Source: Octopus bimaculoides
Taxonomy: Eukaryota
Reading direction: 5' to 3'
Assembly: GCF_001194135.2 (NCBI RefSeq)
Contig: NC_068981.1
Location: 135,002,413-135,052,794, forward strand
Length of the DNA: 50,382 nt
Below the pieces are notes generated by a model. That model was not told where the DNA came from. It did not search any database and was given only the letters and a program-made list of their open reading frames with translations. The position numbers and the translations under genes are program-made. This document shows, in pieces, positions 1 through 12,679 of this stretch (positions are counted from its first letter, which is position 1; each line of letters begins with the position of its first letter).

Positions 1-216
1 CCAGTACCGCCTGACTGGCCTTCGTGCCGGTAGCACGTAAAAGCACCCACTACACTCTCAGAGTGGTTGGTGTTAGGAAGGGCATCCAGCTGTAGAAACA
101 CTGCCAAATCAGATTGGAGCCTGGTGTAGCCACCTGGTTCACCAGTCCTCAGTCAAATCGTCCAACCAATGCTAGCATGGAAAGCGGACATTAAACAATG
201 ATGATGATGATGATGA
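1..216 (+). mobile_element. RTE LINE 3'UTR fragment with (GAT)n tail
   Basis: aggaagggcatccagctgtagaaa...gctagcatggaaagcggacattaaac followed by (gat)n; homologous to the 3' end of the 13134 element. Confidence 0.85.
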
Positions 217-226
217 TACACATACA

Positions 227-378
227 CACTTCCTTCAGTTTCCATTTACCAAATCCACTCACAAGGCTTTGGTTGGCCCAAGGCTATAGTAGAAGACACT
301 TGCCTAAGGTGTCATGCTGTGGGACTGAACCCAAAATCATGTGGTTGTGAAGCAAGCTTCTTGCTACACAACCATGTC
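227..378 (-). mobile_element. tRNA-derived SINE head and core (family A)
   Basis: Homologous to the intact plus copy at 25760-25928 (tRNA-like A/B boxes, ggcaagtgtcttctactatagcc core). Confidence 0.8.
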
Positions 379-469
379 TCCATCTAGCATATCAAAATGA
401 AAAATTACTGAGATAATTAATCAATCCAGTTGTAAGCAGATGATAGCTGTTTAACCCCGAGGTCAGTTC

Positions 470-535
470 TGATCCAGTGAACCTTGTGAGTGAATTTGGT
501 AGATAGAAACTGTGAGGAAGCTGTGGAAGTTTATC

Positions 536-598
<63 letters not shown>

Positions 599-822
599 CG
601 TGCGTGCGTGTGTGTATGTGTGTGTCAGTGCTCCTACCACTGCTTTATGTGGTGCTTTATGTTATGACTTCATATCTTTGTGGTTTGACAAAATAGATTC
701 ATAGAATAGGTATCAGACATTAATAATATGTATTGGGGGGTCAATTTGCTTGACTAAAACCCTTCAAGGTAGTGCCCCAGCATGGCCACAGTCCAGTAAC
801 TGACACAAATAAAAGATAAAAG
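470..822 (+). mobile_element. Composite SINE: A core, (TG)n, tail B
   Basis: ttgtgagtgaatttggtagatagaaact, TG tract 538-625, gtgccccagcatggccacagtc..taaaagataaaaga. Confidence 0.75.
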
Positions 823-1314
823 AGGAGGCAGAGAGTCAGACTAAAATATTTTACTTTGACTTTTATCCTTTCTAACTTCAAATGTTATTACAGATGACTA
901 AGCGTTCTTCGTCTCTTCAGATTTGGTGAAATGTCATTGTGTTATGAATTGATAAACTGGCATTTAGCATGAAGGACAATCTCTTAAGATGACCACTAGA
1001 CATGTACAGGTTTACAAAAAAAAAAACACTGTCTTCTCCTGAAAAAGAGATTTAATAGTGCTTTGGGTAGAATTTGGTACAGAGCAACTCACATACCAAA
1101 TGTGTATGTGTGTGTGTGTGTAAGAGAGAGAGAGAGTATTTGTGTGTGTATATAAAGGTGTTTGGCTTAGTGGTTCGTGTGATAGGCTCATGATCCTAAA
1201 ATTATAGGTTTGATTTTTAGACTGTATGGCACATTGTCTCCTTGAGCATGTTACTTTATTTCACATTGCTTCAGCCTACTCAGCTGAAATTAGTATCACC
1301 CCAGTGATGGTATA

Positions 1315-1372
<58 letters not shown>

Positions 1373-1467
1373 GCTGTCACATCCAGCCTAAATAACAAAT
1401 ACATACATATGTATGTATGCATGTTTCAAATATTACAAAGAAATACGTATGTATGCATTTGTCATTT

Positions 1468-1672
1468 GTGTCGGTGTTTGTGCCCCCCACCCCCACCCCT
1501 GCCATTGCTTGACAACCAATGCTGGTCACTTAGCGTGGTTCGGCAAAAAGGATCGATAGAATAAGTACTAGGCTTACAAAGAATAAGTCCTTAGGTCAAT
1601 TTGTTCAGCTAAATGTGGTGCTCCAGCATGGTCACAGTCAAATGACTGAAAAGAGTAAAAAGCATAAAAAGA
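1468..1672 (+). mobile_element. SINE tail B
   Basis: gcttgacaacc..gatagaataagtactaggcttacaaagaataagtcc..ggtgctccagcatgg. Confidence 0.8.
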
Positions 1673-2009
1673 ACAACTGAACATGTTTGGTCTACTGCAT
1701 GAGTTTGAACACATTGTATAAACATTTAATACTTTTTAAGAAAAAGCAGTATATTCATTGTGTTATGTTACAATGAAATGAAAATGTGTCACCTTTCTTA
1801 AAAAGGTTGGAAAACATTGATCTATAATCCATAAAGCAATCTGCTACAAGGTTTTCTAGCTGCAAGAAGTAGCAGCAACTGTTCTTATTGTTTGTACGTG
1901 TTTCAAGATATATGATCACCCGCAGTGTCTAGAATAATGTTAAACTCAGCAAATAAAACTAATTGTAAATGCTTGTGAGAAACATGATAATATTCAGAAC
2001 AACAAGTTG

Positions 2010-2210
2010 AGAAATCTTCTACATGGTTGATCAACATGCTAGAAATAAAAGTCAAATCTCCTTCAAATGTCACTCTACTGTCTTAGACTTGGTACAGATG
2101 TTAGCTAATGTAGCTCTAGAAACCTCTAAAATTACAAGATGGTTGCAGTTGAAGTGCCTTTGATGATAGGTGTGCCACATCAGGGATGATGTTGGGCTAA
2201 ATAACAACCG
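2010..2210 (+). repeat. Unclassified interspersed repeat family H; copies at about 3890-4085, 16520-16720, 22745-22920, 48420-48600 (+) and 44540-44760 (-)
   Basis: Shared [gacc/acat]tgytagaaata.cagcc.aatctc..gatggt..ggttggaat.c..tgat.ataggtctg..aatcagggctgacctg..aaacaac. Confidence 0.65.
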
Positions 2211-2285
2211 TTTGATTGTCTATAAACAAAACAAAGAAAGGAAGTTTCTATCTCTGAGTCGTCGTTAGACCAGTTACACACACAT

Positions 2286-2326
<41 letters not shown>

Positions 2327-2349
2327 TATACACACACCACAAACACATG

Positions 2350-2378
<29 letters not shown>

Positions 2379-2380
<2 letters not shown>

Positions 2381-2641
2381 ATTGTTGTTGTTGGCACTCC
2401 GTCGCTTACGACGTCGAGGGTTCCAGTTGATCCAATCAACGGAACAGCCTGCTCGTGAAATTAATGTGCAAGTGGCTGAGCACTCCACAGACACGTGTAC
2501 CCTTAACATAGTTCTCGGGGATATTCAGCGTGACACAGAGTGTGACAAGGCTGACCCTTTGAATTACAGGCACAACAGAAACAGGAAGTAAGAGTGAGAG
2601 AAAGTTGTGGTGAAAGAGTACAGCAGGATTCGCCACCACCC
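2379..2641 (-). mobile_element. 3' part of the Meta-like SINE with (CAA)n tail
   Basis: ttgttgttgttggcactccgtcgcttacgacgtcgagggttccagttgatcc; reverse complement of 41420-41590. Confidence 0.8.
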
Positions 2642-3159
2642 NNNNNNNNNNNNNNNNNNNNNNNNNNNNNNNNNNNNNNNNNNNNNNNNNNNNNNNNNNN
2701 NNNNNNNNNNNNNNNNNNNNNNNNNNNNNNNNNNNNNNNNNNNNNNNNNNNNNNNNNNNNNNNNNNNNNNNNNNNNNNNNNNNNNNNNNNNNNNNNNNNN
2801 NNNNNNNNNNNNNNNNNNNNNNNNNNNNNNNNNNNNNNNNNNNNNNNNNNNNNNNNNNNNNNNNNNNNNNNATATACACACACATACCTCATTTTTACCA
2901 ATTCCAAGGATTTTACCTGTAACATCATTGATCTATTTACCAAACTATGTTTCATCCATATTCAGCCATGTATCTCCTCTACCTTGTTCCTTTATCATAT
3001 TTAAACCTTTCAACACCTGGCATTAAGCTACTCACTTCCACCTCTTCCTCTCAAATACTCCCTTCTTGGTACTGGGAGCTTTTTCTTCTTCCCTGTTCTT
3101 TCTCTGTCTTGCAAGTTGACACAGCATCCTCACTAGAATCAGTAGCACAAAGGAAAACA

Positions 3160-3320
3160 CTCAGTGCACTTTGTAAATGGTTGGCATTAAGAAGGGCATC
3201 CAGCCATAGAAACCAAGCAAAATCTGACATTGGAGCTCAATGTAGCCTTGCAGCTTGCTAGATCCTGTCAAACCCATGGCCCTAAGAAAAATGGATGTTA
3301 AATGATGATGATGATGATGA
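3160..3320 (+). mobile_element. RTE 3'UTR fragment
   Basis: aagaagggcatccagccatagaaa...ggatgttaaatgatgatg. Confidence 0.75.
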
Positions 3321-3410
3321 TATGGACTTCCTTTGTACCTTATCCTGGAATGTACCTATCTACATTTGAACTATTACAAACTTTTCATATTCTGGGCTCT
3401 TCCTGATCCC

Positions 3411-3447
<37 letters not shown>

Positions 3448-3451
<4 letters not shown>

Positions 3452-3705
3452 TCATCATTATCGTTTAACGTCCGCTTTCCATGCTAGCATGGGTTGGACA
3501 ATTTGACTGCGGACTGGTGATCCAGATGGCTACACCAGGCTCCAATCTGATCTGACAAGGTTTCTACAGCTGGATGCCTTTCCTAATGCCAACCACTCCG
3601 AGAATGTAGTAGGAGCTTTTTACATGCCACCGGCACAGGAGCCAGTCAGGGGTCACTGGCATCAACCACGTTCAGATGGAGTATTTTATGTGCCACTGGC
3701 AAGTA
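3448..3705 (-). mobile_element. RTE 3'UTR fragment (relatively young copy)
   Basis: atcatcatt..cgtttaacgtccgctttccatgctagcatgggttgg next to (TA)n; CpGs retained. Confidence 0.85.
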
Positions 3706-3748
3706 TAAATATGTTATAAATTGGATACCTGTTGTTCATGATTTTATT

Positions 3749-3882
<134 letters not shown>

Positions 3883-4171
3883 AAAAAGAGATTGTGTTTG
3901 TACCTCAAGCAGTTAGAAAACAACCAAACATCCACCAAACATGCCCCGCTATCTTAAAAGTTTAAGGAGAAAGGAGGATACATTAAGCGATACAGTCCCA
4001 GAGTTGGAATAGTCATGGTTGGAATACTGTTGATCAAAGGTCTGTTGAATCAGGGCTGACCTGGAACTAAACAACAGCAACAGGCCAATAATAAAACAAA
4101 TGACAAATTCTAAAAGTACATATGATTAAGAAGCATACTTAGAAATAAAGTGCAAATAGCATGAATAACAT

Positions 4172-5444
4172 TTAGGTCATCAAGTATGAAATTTGTAGTA
4201 AGGTATATGGTAAACTTTGACAGCTGCTCATTTTGCACCATTATTATATTTTGACAATCTTTATTTTTTGTTAGAAAGCTGACACATCTATTTCTTTATT
4301 CTAACACATTTTGTGCTTTATAAAGTATTTATAAATTGTTTTTTGCTATTTTTGTTTAGAGATGGATAAGTCGGAAATTCATACAGTTTTGAAATATGAG
4401 TTCTTTCTTGGAAATACAGCATCGCAGACAGCACGGAATATTAATGGAGTATTTCATTCTAATGTTATTACACAGCAGACAGTATCAAACTGGTTTGCAA
4501 AATTTCGTTCTGGTAACTTGGACCTCACAAATGAGCAATGCGGTCGACCAGAAACAAAGGTGGATAATGACGAACTGAAAGCCACCGTTGTGTCAGATCC
4601 ATCTCAAAGTGCCCGTGAATTATCGTTGTTGTTTGGTGTTAGCAAGCGAATAATATTGACTCACTTAGTTCAAATCGGTAAAGTGAAAAAGTTGGATAAG
4701 TGGGTTCCACATGAACTCAATGAAAATCAGAAACAGCAACGATTGGAAGCCTGCATTATGCTACTTTATCGTCACAAAAATGAATCATCTTTGAATCGAA
4801 TTGTAACATGTGATGAGAAATGGATCCAATACAACAACCGTAAACATTCAGCACAATGGTTGGACAAAGACAAGCCACCAAAATACAGTCCAAAAAGCAA
4901 AATTCATCAAAAGAAGCTGATGGTATGTGTTTGGTGGTCTGGCGCAGGTGTGATCCATTATGATTTCATTAAACCTGGCTCATCAATCTCAGCCAAAGTA
5001 TACTGCAGCCAACTGGACCAAATGATGCATAAACTTACAAAAAAAAACAAAAACAGCCTAGATTAGTCAACAGATCCACTCAAATCTTATTGCAAGACAA
5101 TGCCAGACACAACATCACAAAAATGACATTGGCAAAACTACAGGAGTTGGAGTTGGACATTTTCCATCAGCCACCATACTCACCTGATCTTGCCCCCACT
5201 GATTACCACTTCTTCCAGAATTTGGATAACTTTTTGATAGGAAACGAATTTAATTCTGACAATGCTGTAAAACAGGCCTTCCAAGATTTTATTGTCTCTA
5301 GATTGCCAGGCTTTTACAGTTCTTGAAATGGCAAAAATGTATTGACAATATGGGTGCATACTTTGATGAATAAAATTATTCCTTGTATTTATAAAACACT
5401 AGCAAACTTTTTCTTTTCTACAAATTTCATACTTGATGACCTAA
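4172..5444 (+). mobile_element. Full-length mariner DNA transposon (HsMar1/cecropia-like)
   Basis: 27-bp TIRs ttaggtcatcaagtatgaaatttgtag (4172-4198) and ctacaaatttcatacttgatgacctaa (5418-5444); TA on the right flank; 1273 bp long, typical mariner size; contains a transposase. Confidence 0.96.
4362..5373 (+). pseudogene. Mariner transposase, frameshifted (D,D34D)
   Basis: WVPHEL, TCDEKW, LQDNAR and YSPDLAPTDY motifs; 34 residues between the 2nd and 3rd catalytic D; frameshift in the A-run near 5040-5055; a second disruption near 5320, after which WQKCIDNMGAYFDE* ends at 5373. Confidence 0.95.
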
Positions 5445-5689
5445 TATAAGAATTTTGGATGATAGGACTGGCAGAAAGGAAGTATTTTCTTTCTGAACTG
5501 TTACAAAAAATTCAANNNNNNNNNNAAAGAAGTCGATGAAAATAACTACTGGATGGGGTGAGGTGTTAACTTCAATCAATTGTATCCCTCTCTGACAAAA
5601 GTTGCCCTTGCATCTAGTTCAAATGAATAAAGAGATTTCTTTCATTTTTTTCTTCTGTTTTTTTTTTGTGTGTTTGTTCATGAGATATC

Positions 5690-5872
5690 AGTGCTTCGTC
5701 TTGGACTTCAGTGAAAATATGTTTGGCTTTTGGGAAAATATTACCTTGCTTCAAAGCAGGCATGGTTTGGAGACAGGAAGGACTTTGGACCATTGAAAAA
5801 TCTACTTCAATAAATTCAATCTGACCCATGCAAGCATGGAAAAGTGTACATTAAAACAATGATGATGATGGT
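5690..5872 (+). mobile_element. SINE tail E (RTE-like 3' end); other copies at about 30557-30762 and 46430-46600
   Basis: gaaaatatgt..aatattaccttgctt..ggtttggagacaggaagg..ctgacccatgcaagcatggaaaagtg..atgatgatg. Confidence 0.72.
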
Positions 5873-6127
5873 GAAATTTAGATGGCAAATTGACAGAGTT
5901 GTTAGAGCATCAGACAAAACATTTTGTTGTATTCATTCTGCCTTCTTGCTTTGTTGCAGCCCAGGTGACAATCCCCTCCACCCTGATTTAAATAAAATAA
6001 ATGAAACAGAAATTGCTAGAGAGAGGGGGGAGGGGGAGTGAGAGAGAGAGAGAGGGGAGGGAGAGAGAGAGAGACTTTTTATTAGGTTTTAATTAGAAAG
6101 GCAGGCAGTTCCTATGATTCTTTATAG

Positions 6128-6315
6128 GGCCCTCAAGATGAGTGCAAGGGAGGACCATATCCTCAAACTGGAGATCTGAACAAAATTCTTGCAACTGAGT
6201 GGACTCCACTAAAGGCAACCAAAATATTAAGAGGTGATTCCAACACATTAACAAGCATATGTACCACCAATGGTTCATCGCAAACTTCACACAACTGCCA
6301 TATGCACCACCACAG
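6128..6315 (+). CDS. Candidate internal exon of an unidentified host gene (phase 0 to 2)
   Basis: ttctttatag|GGC..CAG|gtacat; 62 open codons GPQDECKGGPYPQTGDLNKILATEWTPLKATKILRG..; non-repetitive and more GC-rich than its flanks; two antisense frames are also open; no homolog recognised. Confidence 0.4.
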
Positions 6316-6371
6316 GTACATTTTCATATTTTGAGAAAATATCCTACATAGTTTTGAGGATATTTTAATAA

Positions 6372-6478
6372 CATAAGTGCTAAATATTACATATTAAATA
6401 ACATGAATGCTGAATATTAAATATTAAATAACAGGAGTGCTAAATATTAAATAACATGAGGGCTGAATATTAAAGTTT
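6372..6478. repeat. Degenerate AT-rich minisatellite
   Basis: About four units of aaataacatgagtgct[a/g]aatatt with extra aaatatt sub-repeats. Confidence 0.7.
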
Positions 6479-7315
6479 AATTATGAAATATTGTAATATT
6501 GCACTGAGTGCAATAGCGTGTGAAGTACATGGCGTCACTAGAAAGTTTCAGCAACAGGCCGTGGTGGTTAACATGTTAAACCAGATGACAAGTTCAGTTT
6601 ATTACTCAAGTAGGCCAGGGTAGGATTTGAATACAGAAGGAAAAGAACTGGAACAAATAACAAATGGCATCTGGTCTAGTGTTCTTGAGTCCCACCAATT
6701 CACTGCTCTTCACTGATATTTTTATTGACACCAAAAGGATAAATGGCAAAGATGACATTGGTGGAATTTGAACTCAGAGAGCAGAGATCTCAGAACAAAC
6801 AAACACCCTTAGGCATTCTATCCTATCCACTTATAGTTATTTAAATAAGTTGTGTCTAATATCTTTTACTTGTTTCAGTCATCTGGACTGTGACCATGCT
6901 GGGGCACCACCTTGAAGGGTTTACTTGAACAAATTAACACTTGTATTTTTTTCCATCTGGTACTTATTTTATTGGTCTCTGCTGAACTGCTAAGTTATGA
7001 TGATACTAAAACTTTTAAGTCACAGTCAATAATATATGTAGCAACATTTGAAATACTGTCCAGGTAAATCTAGCTGAAGAAAACTAATCAAATTTACAAT
7101 AACAAACATATTTGAAGAGTCTGAAACCTAGGTACTAAATTATCTGATTCTGGGTTGTCCATTTATCTAATGTTCTTCCTAGAGGTAAGATGAAATTTTT
7201 ATATTTGCCACCCTCACACGTCTTTGCCAGTATATATACAGTGAAGCTTTACTATAGTGTCATAAATTTATCAACTGCTATTTCCAGTAAACATTGGTGC
7301 CTTGTTGTACCACTA

Positions 7316-7399
<84 letters not shown>

Positions 7400-7402
<3 letters not shown>

Positions 7403-7870
7403 ATCATCATTGTCATCGTTGTTTGACATACGCTTTCCATGCTGGCATAGGTTGGACTGTTAGACTGAGAAATGGCAAGCCAGGAGGCTGCACCAGGCTC
7501 CAATCTGATTTGGTAAGGTTTCTACAGCTGGATGCCCTTCCTAATACCAACCACTCTGAGAGTGTAGTGGGTGTTTTTACATGCCACTGGCATGAGTGCC
7601 AGTCAGGTGACACTGGCATTGGCCACAACTACAATTTCACTCGGTTCAACAGGTCTTCACAAGCACACCATATAGCCCAACGATTAAAGGGTGCTTTTAA
7701 ATGGGCCAGTTATGTGATACTGGCATTGGCCACAATTACACTCTCACCTGGCTTGCCATGTTTTCTCAAGCACGGCATATCTCCAAAGGTCTTGGTCACT
7801 TGTCATTGCTTCTGTGAGGCCCAATGTTCGAAGGTTGTGCTTCACCACCTCATTCTAGGTCTTACTGCCT
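7400..7870 (-). mobile_element. RTE 3' fragment including the end of ORF2; a short plus-strand 3' end follows at about 7880-7942
   Basis: Homologous to 13134-13800; follows a (CT)n(AT)n tract. Confidence 0.85.
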
Positions 7871-9043
7871 GGCCAGCTCTTGTAAAACCGTCCCACCCAT
7901 GCTAGCATGGAAGGTGGACATTAATCGATGATGATGATTATGATATATATATATATAAGTAGTTTATTTATTGTAACTATAAAATACAGTTTCAAGACAA
8001 GACCTGAGTGAGGTCTAGATGTCATAGGTTATGTAACTCTAAGTATTATTTTTATAATTAAAGAATTGTAGTTTCATGTCTATTTATTTTTGTGCCTCTA
8101 CTTAACAAAGTAATAAGAATTAAGTATATAAAAGTGCATATAACACCCTATTTGGCTAATAGTGAATGACTGTTATTTCCTTATGGAGTGCTTACTACCA
8201 GTGTAAAAACGATCAACATTACCAAAAAAGATAAGACTCAATTATAAATGAAGATGATGTAGATTAATTAGAAAAAGCATGTTGCTATATGGAGAAATTT
8301 TTTTTAAAAATTCAGAAAGAATTTAAGAAGGGACAAATGGTAAATTGTTGATTTGAAGAGAAAAACAACCAGCTTAGTAGCTGGCCAAAATAAAGCACTT
8401 ATCATAGCAGTTAGGAAAGATATTTAAAAGGTGGAGTTTGAGTAAAGAGGGGTGGTATGGTAAGTAGAGGGAGCAGAGACAGAAAGTAATAGTATACAGG
8501 AAAGCTATTTAAGTGAGAAGGGATCCATACAATACTCTCAATAGTCTTAATTTAGAATGCCTATTATGTATTTCATTTTTCGTAAGTAGCTGTAAGTTAC
8601 ACTCTTTAGAGATTGGTTATACATATAACTAACAAGTGACTATTTTGAGTTAGTTATTTGTTACATAGGATTTAATGTTGTCCACCTTCAGCTTATTTTT
8701 AAGAGTACAATATGCTTACAAAGATTAACATTCCAGTAGCATATTAGTTTTTTCTATACAAAGAGGAAGGGCCACCTTAGCAGCAACATAGGTCCCTGGG
8801 TAAATCAATGTACTGGGGCCTATAATATTGATTTTAAATTTTGACACAAGGCCAGCAATTTCAGGGGAGGGGATAAGTTATTTACACTGACCCCAGCACT
8901 CATCTGGTACTTATTTTATTAACCCTGAAAGGATGAAAGACTAAGTCAGCCTCAGCAGAATTTGAACTCAAAATGTAAAGAGGAACAAAATTCTGTCAGC
9001 TTGCCACCTTAAATAGGAGGCTATAATATTGATTTATTGACAG

Positions 9044-9141
9044 CAAGCCACAGCATACAAAGATCAGAATTGGACCTTTAAACCCATGTGGCTGCTGGGC
9101 AGGCCAGAGTGCCCATGCCTTAAGGATGGTGCTGTAAAGAG
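9044..9141 (+). CDS. Candidate internal exon (phase 0 to 2)
   Basis: ttattgacag|CAA..AAGAG|gtaacg; QATAYKDQNWTFKPMWLLGRPECPCLKDGAVK; a competing minus-strand acceptor exists nearby. Confidence 0.25.
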
Positions 9142-9520
9142 GTAACGACCTCCACCTCCTGCTGGTCTCTTCTTTGTCCATTTCTGGAGGAAAGAACATT
9201 CTGATTGGTCCCTTCTTCACAACCCCTTAACACAACATAGCTCTGTGTGTGTGTGTGTGTGTGTGTGTGTATGAGAGGGGGTAAGAGAGGAAAAGACGGG
9301 GTGAGGGAGGGAGGGAGAAAAATCGAGTGGGACTTTATTGACTCCAGAAGAATGAAAGGCAAAGTTCACCTTGGCAGGATCCAAACTCAGATCTCAAAGA
9401 ACATGAATAAATTCTACAAGTCATTCTATCTGGTGTTCTAATAACTATGCCAATTTGCCACTTCTCCATAGAGTTAATCAAGGATAGTTTTAATCTTTGG
9501 TCTATTTGTATTGGCTCCAG

Positions 9521-9570
9521 ATTCTGCAACTATGCTTCACAATTCCATGATAAGTTTGCACAGAATGCTG
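9521..9570 (+). CDS. Candidate 50-nt exon (phase 2 to 1)
   Basis: ttgtattggctccag|ATTC..GCTG|gtgagt; reads (R)FCNYASQFHDKFAQNA in frame after either upstream candidate. Confidence 0.28.
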
Positions 9571-10231
9571 GTGAGTCAGTGTTGAGTGAATCCCTGTGCT
9601 TTGTAGTATCTATGGTTCTTGGAAATGTTTTCCTGAGACAAAATATTACATCTACTACCATTCCATATTTGTATATACATTATAAATGTTATACACACAT
9701 GTATTTTAATCTAAGGTTGTTTCAAAAGTGTATGTTATCTGCTTCAGATGTCTACATTTTCTTCTAAGATGCTGAATTCTAATACAAGGTCAGATCTGAA
9801 TCCCATTCATTGAGTTAACCCTGAATTATTCAAAGATAATTCTAATCTGTTTACTGTTTGCATTGACTAAGATTCTGCAGTAATGCTTATCAAAAATAAT
9901 AGCCATCATTTGCAAGCAAGAATGACTTGTACCAAGCTTTCACTAATTATTTTTGATCCCAATGTAGTTGAAAACAGACACAGATACCCTCTCACCTTTT
10001 GACCTAGCAAAATATTCAGGATGTGACAAATGGATGAAAAGGGCTGTATCAGCACAGGGCTGTTACTTTTTTCAGCTGAGTACACTGGAGTAATGGTAAA
10101 CGAAGTGCCTTGCTCAAAGCACTGCCCAATCTGGAAATCAAAACCCATACCTTATTCTTGTAACTCCAACTGCTTAATCATTTGGCTGTACACTTAATAC
10201 TTCCATGTACATTATCCCTCTATAAAATATG

Positions 10232-10449
10232 TTAACCCTTCAGTGTTTAAACCGGCCATAATATTCCACCTGTTTTATCTTCAAACTGGACAGATAGGGT
10301 CTGTCATAGCTACTTTACAGTATAATTTTAAAAATAAACAACCACATCATTGAAATCTCAAAGCCATGAAATAATGCATGATTAATTTAAAATGGTGTGA
10401 GTACATATGCTTTACATTTGACAGAATAATCTGAATGCGAAAGGGTTAA
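10232..10449. mobile_element. piggyBac-like MITE, family F
   Basis: TTAA|cccttcag ... gcgaaaggg|TTAA; homologous to the two copies at 45694-46104. Confidence 0.8.
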
Positions 10450-10937
10450 ACCAAATAGGTATTCGCTTCAAACCTACTGGTAACTGAAAGATTTTCTGGA
10501 GTTTGACTTCTTCAGCTCTTGTGCCAGTGCTACATTCTAAGAATTATAGCTTGATAATCATTTCTTCTTGTGGTGATCTGATAACTTTGCTACAGCAATA
10601 GAAAGTACGGACATTTTTTTGTTGCTTGTTCAATTTGGGATGAAATGTCTTTGTCAGCTCAGTAAATTTTTTAAATACTTTTCTTTATTTTTTATTTGTG
10701 TCGTGCACTCATGAATAAATACTATGTCCAAATGTTCTATTTATAAATGTGAAAGTTTCTTCACAACAGTAAGAAATTTAATAAAACTCATTGGATAATC
10801 TGGAAACTACTGCTCCACAAGATAGAAATATATGTGTTGACCTCTTATGATTCTGACTGTCACCAAACTCACCTCCAATGTGTTCATCTTATATGGTCTT
10901 TCAGTTAAGAATATTCTATATCTATACTCATCTCATC

Positions 10938-11315
10938 ATCATCATCATTTAATGTCCGTTTTCTATGCTGGCAATGGTTTGGACAGTTTGACAGGAGCTG
11001 GCCAGCTGAAGAGCTGCCTGGGCTCCATGTCTGTTTTGGCATGGTTTCTACAGCTGGATGCACTTCCTAACACCAACCATTTTACACAATGTACTGGGTG
11101 CTTTTGTGCAACACTGACATGGGTTCATTTATGTGACACCAGCATGGGTATGTTTTATGTGGTACCAGCACCCACAAGCCTGCAAGGTTAAGAACACCCA
11201 GCTGAAGATGGATGCAGGTGTCATGCCTGGATGCAACCACAAATTTACTTAGCTTGACATGTCTTCTCAAGAACAGTAAAGCACCAGGAGTCTCAGCACC
11301 CTATCATCTCCTCTG
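10938..11315 (-). mobile_element. RTE 3' fragment
   Basis: catcatcatcatttaatgtccgttttctatgctggc...cttctcaagaacag. Confidence 0.8.
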
Positions 11316-12679
11316 TTGTGTATATGAATGTGTATTTTAGACATGTATGGATGTATATACTTCTATGTACTTGTACGTGCATATGTGTATATCAGGCACG
11401 TTCCGTCAGTAATTACTCAGGGTAGGCAGTTAGTGACCTTTATTTAGTAAAACACACAAAAAATAAATGAAACAGGCATGTGACTGAATTGAAGGCAGAT
11501 TTACTTCTGCCTTTATAGCATGTAAAGAAAATGGTGTTGTCAATTCCTTCATCATTTACCTGCCTGCAGCTCAAGATGACAACACCTCCCACTCTCTTTC
11601 TTCTCCTCACCCCTCTCTCTCTGAACTTAACCAGCCTATAAGCACTTGTGTAAAATAATTGAAAATTGAAAGTGGATCACAGACATGATTTACTAACATG
11701 GGGACCATAGACACTATTGCCTATAGTTTAGAAGTATAAGTTCCTGGTTTAAATCCAGCATGGTATTATGTAAACATCAAGGATGAAAACTGGATGAAAA
11801 CCCTTGATCAAGAATGGTGATCAAAGCAATCAAAAGTATAATGTAGTATAAAAATTATTATCATTATCAGTGTTTTACATGCAACTCTTCCATGCTGGCA
11901 TGGGTAGGGTACTTTTCTGAATCAATATTCTACAGCTAGATACCTGTCTTCTCATCAACCTTTTTAGTTGCCTCATACGACACACAGGGACATGGGGAAC
12001 CTGTTTTAAAAAAGAAATTTCAGATAAGAGTGCTCCTATTCATAGCTTAGTCAGAGGAAGGACAGCAATGAAGATCTTTTCTAGGACCTCAACAACTAAT
12101 GGTAAGAAGGGATACAGCTATATCTTCAGATCAAAAACCTGGCTAAAATGCTTGCAATAAAGTGGACATCACTAACGGCATCAACAAGTCAGGTAGGGGT
12201 GTTAAATTGGGGGTCAGATTAAGTCTACCACCTAAAATTAGAAATGGTCCCTCTGATGGGATTTGATATAATTTCTATCATATGCCATATTTGCTGAAAT
12301 ATAAGACATATATTTTACCAAAACTGTCTCAAAGAAAATTACCCTGGGTCATACATACAAAATAATGCCTTTATTGCATGTTTTACATGTACTGCTGAAA
12401 ATGCATCTCAAATGCCATCAAATATGGGAAAGTTTCATTCAATGCTCTGGTTGTCTCAAGGCGATAGTAGAAAACAATTGTTAAAGATGTCATACAGAGG
12501 GATTGAACCCCAAACTATGTAGTTATGAAGCCAATTTCTTAACACCACAGCCCTAGCTGTGTGTATGTTGACACTCCAAACAATAGTGATCATTTGATAA
12601 GACATTGTATGCCTAAGAATAGTCAGAAATGGAAACATATCTTAGGTGTGTTGATTTTTCATGACAATGTGTATATGTA

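Noticed and set aside
392-696. ORFs with HT, CV, ER, SL or YI runs here and elsewhere
   Set aside because: Translations of dinucleotide microsatellites.
6093-6290. Minus-strand 65-aa ORF with a signal-peptide-like start
   Set aside because: Overlaps the better-supported plus-strand exon candidate, which has both splice sites and a more typical codon pattern; not fully excluded.
7294-7905. 203-aa ORF
   Set aside because: Microsatellite plus the antisense strand of an RTE 3' fragment.
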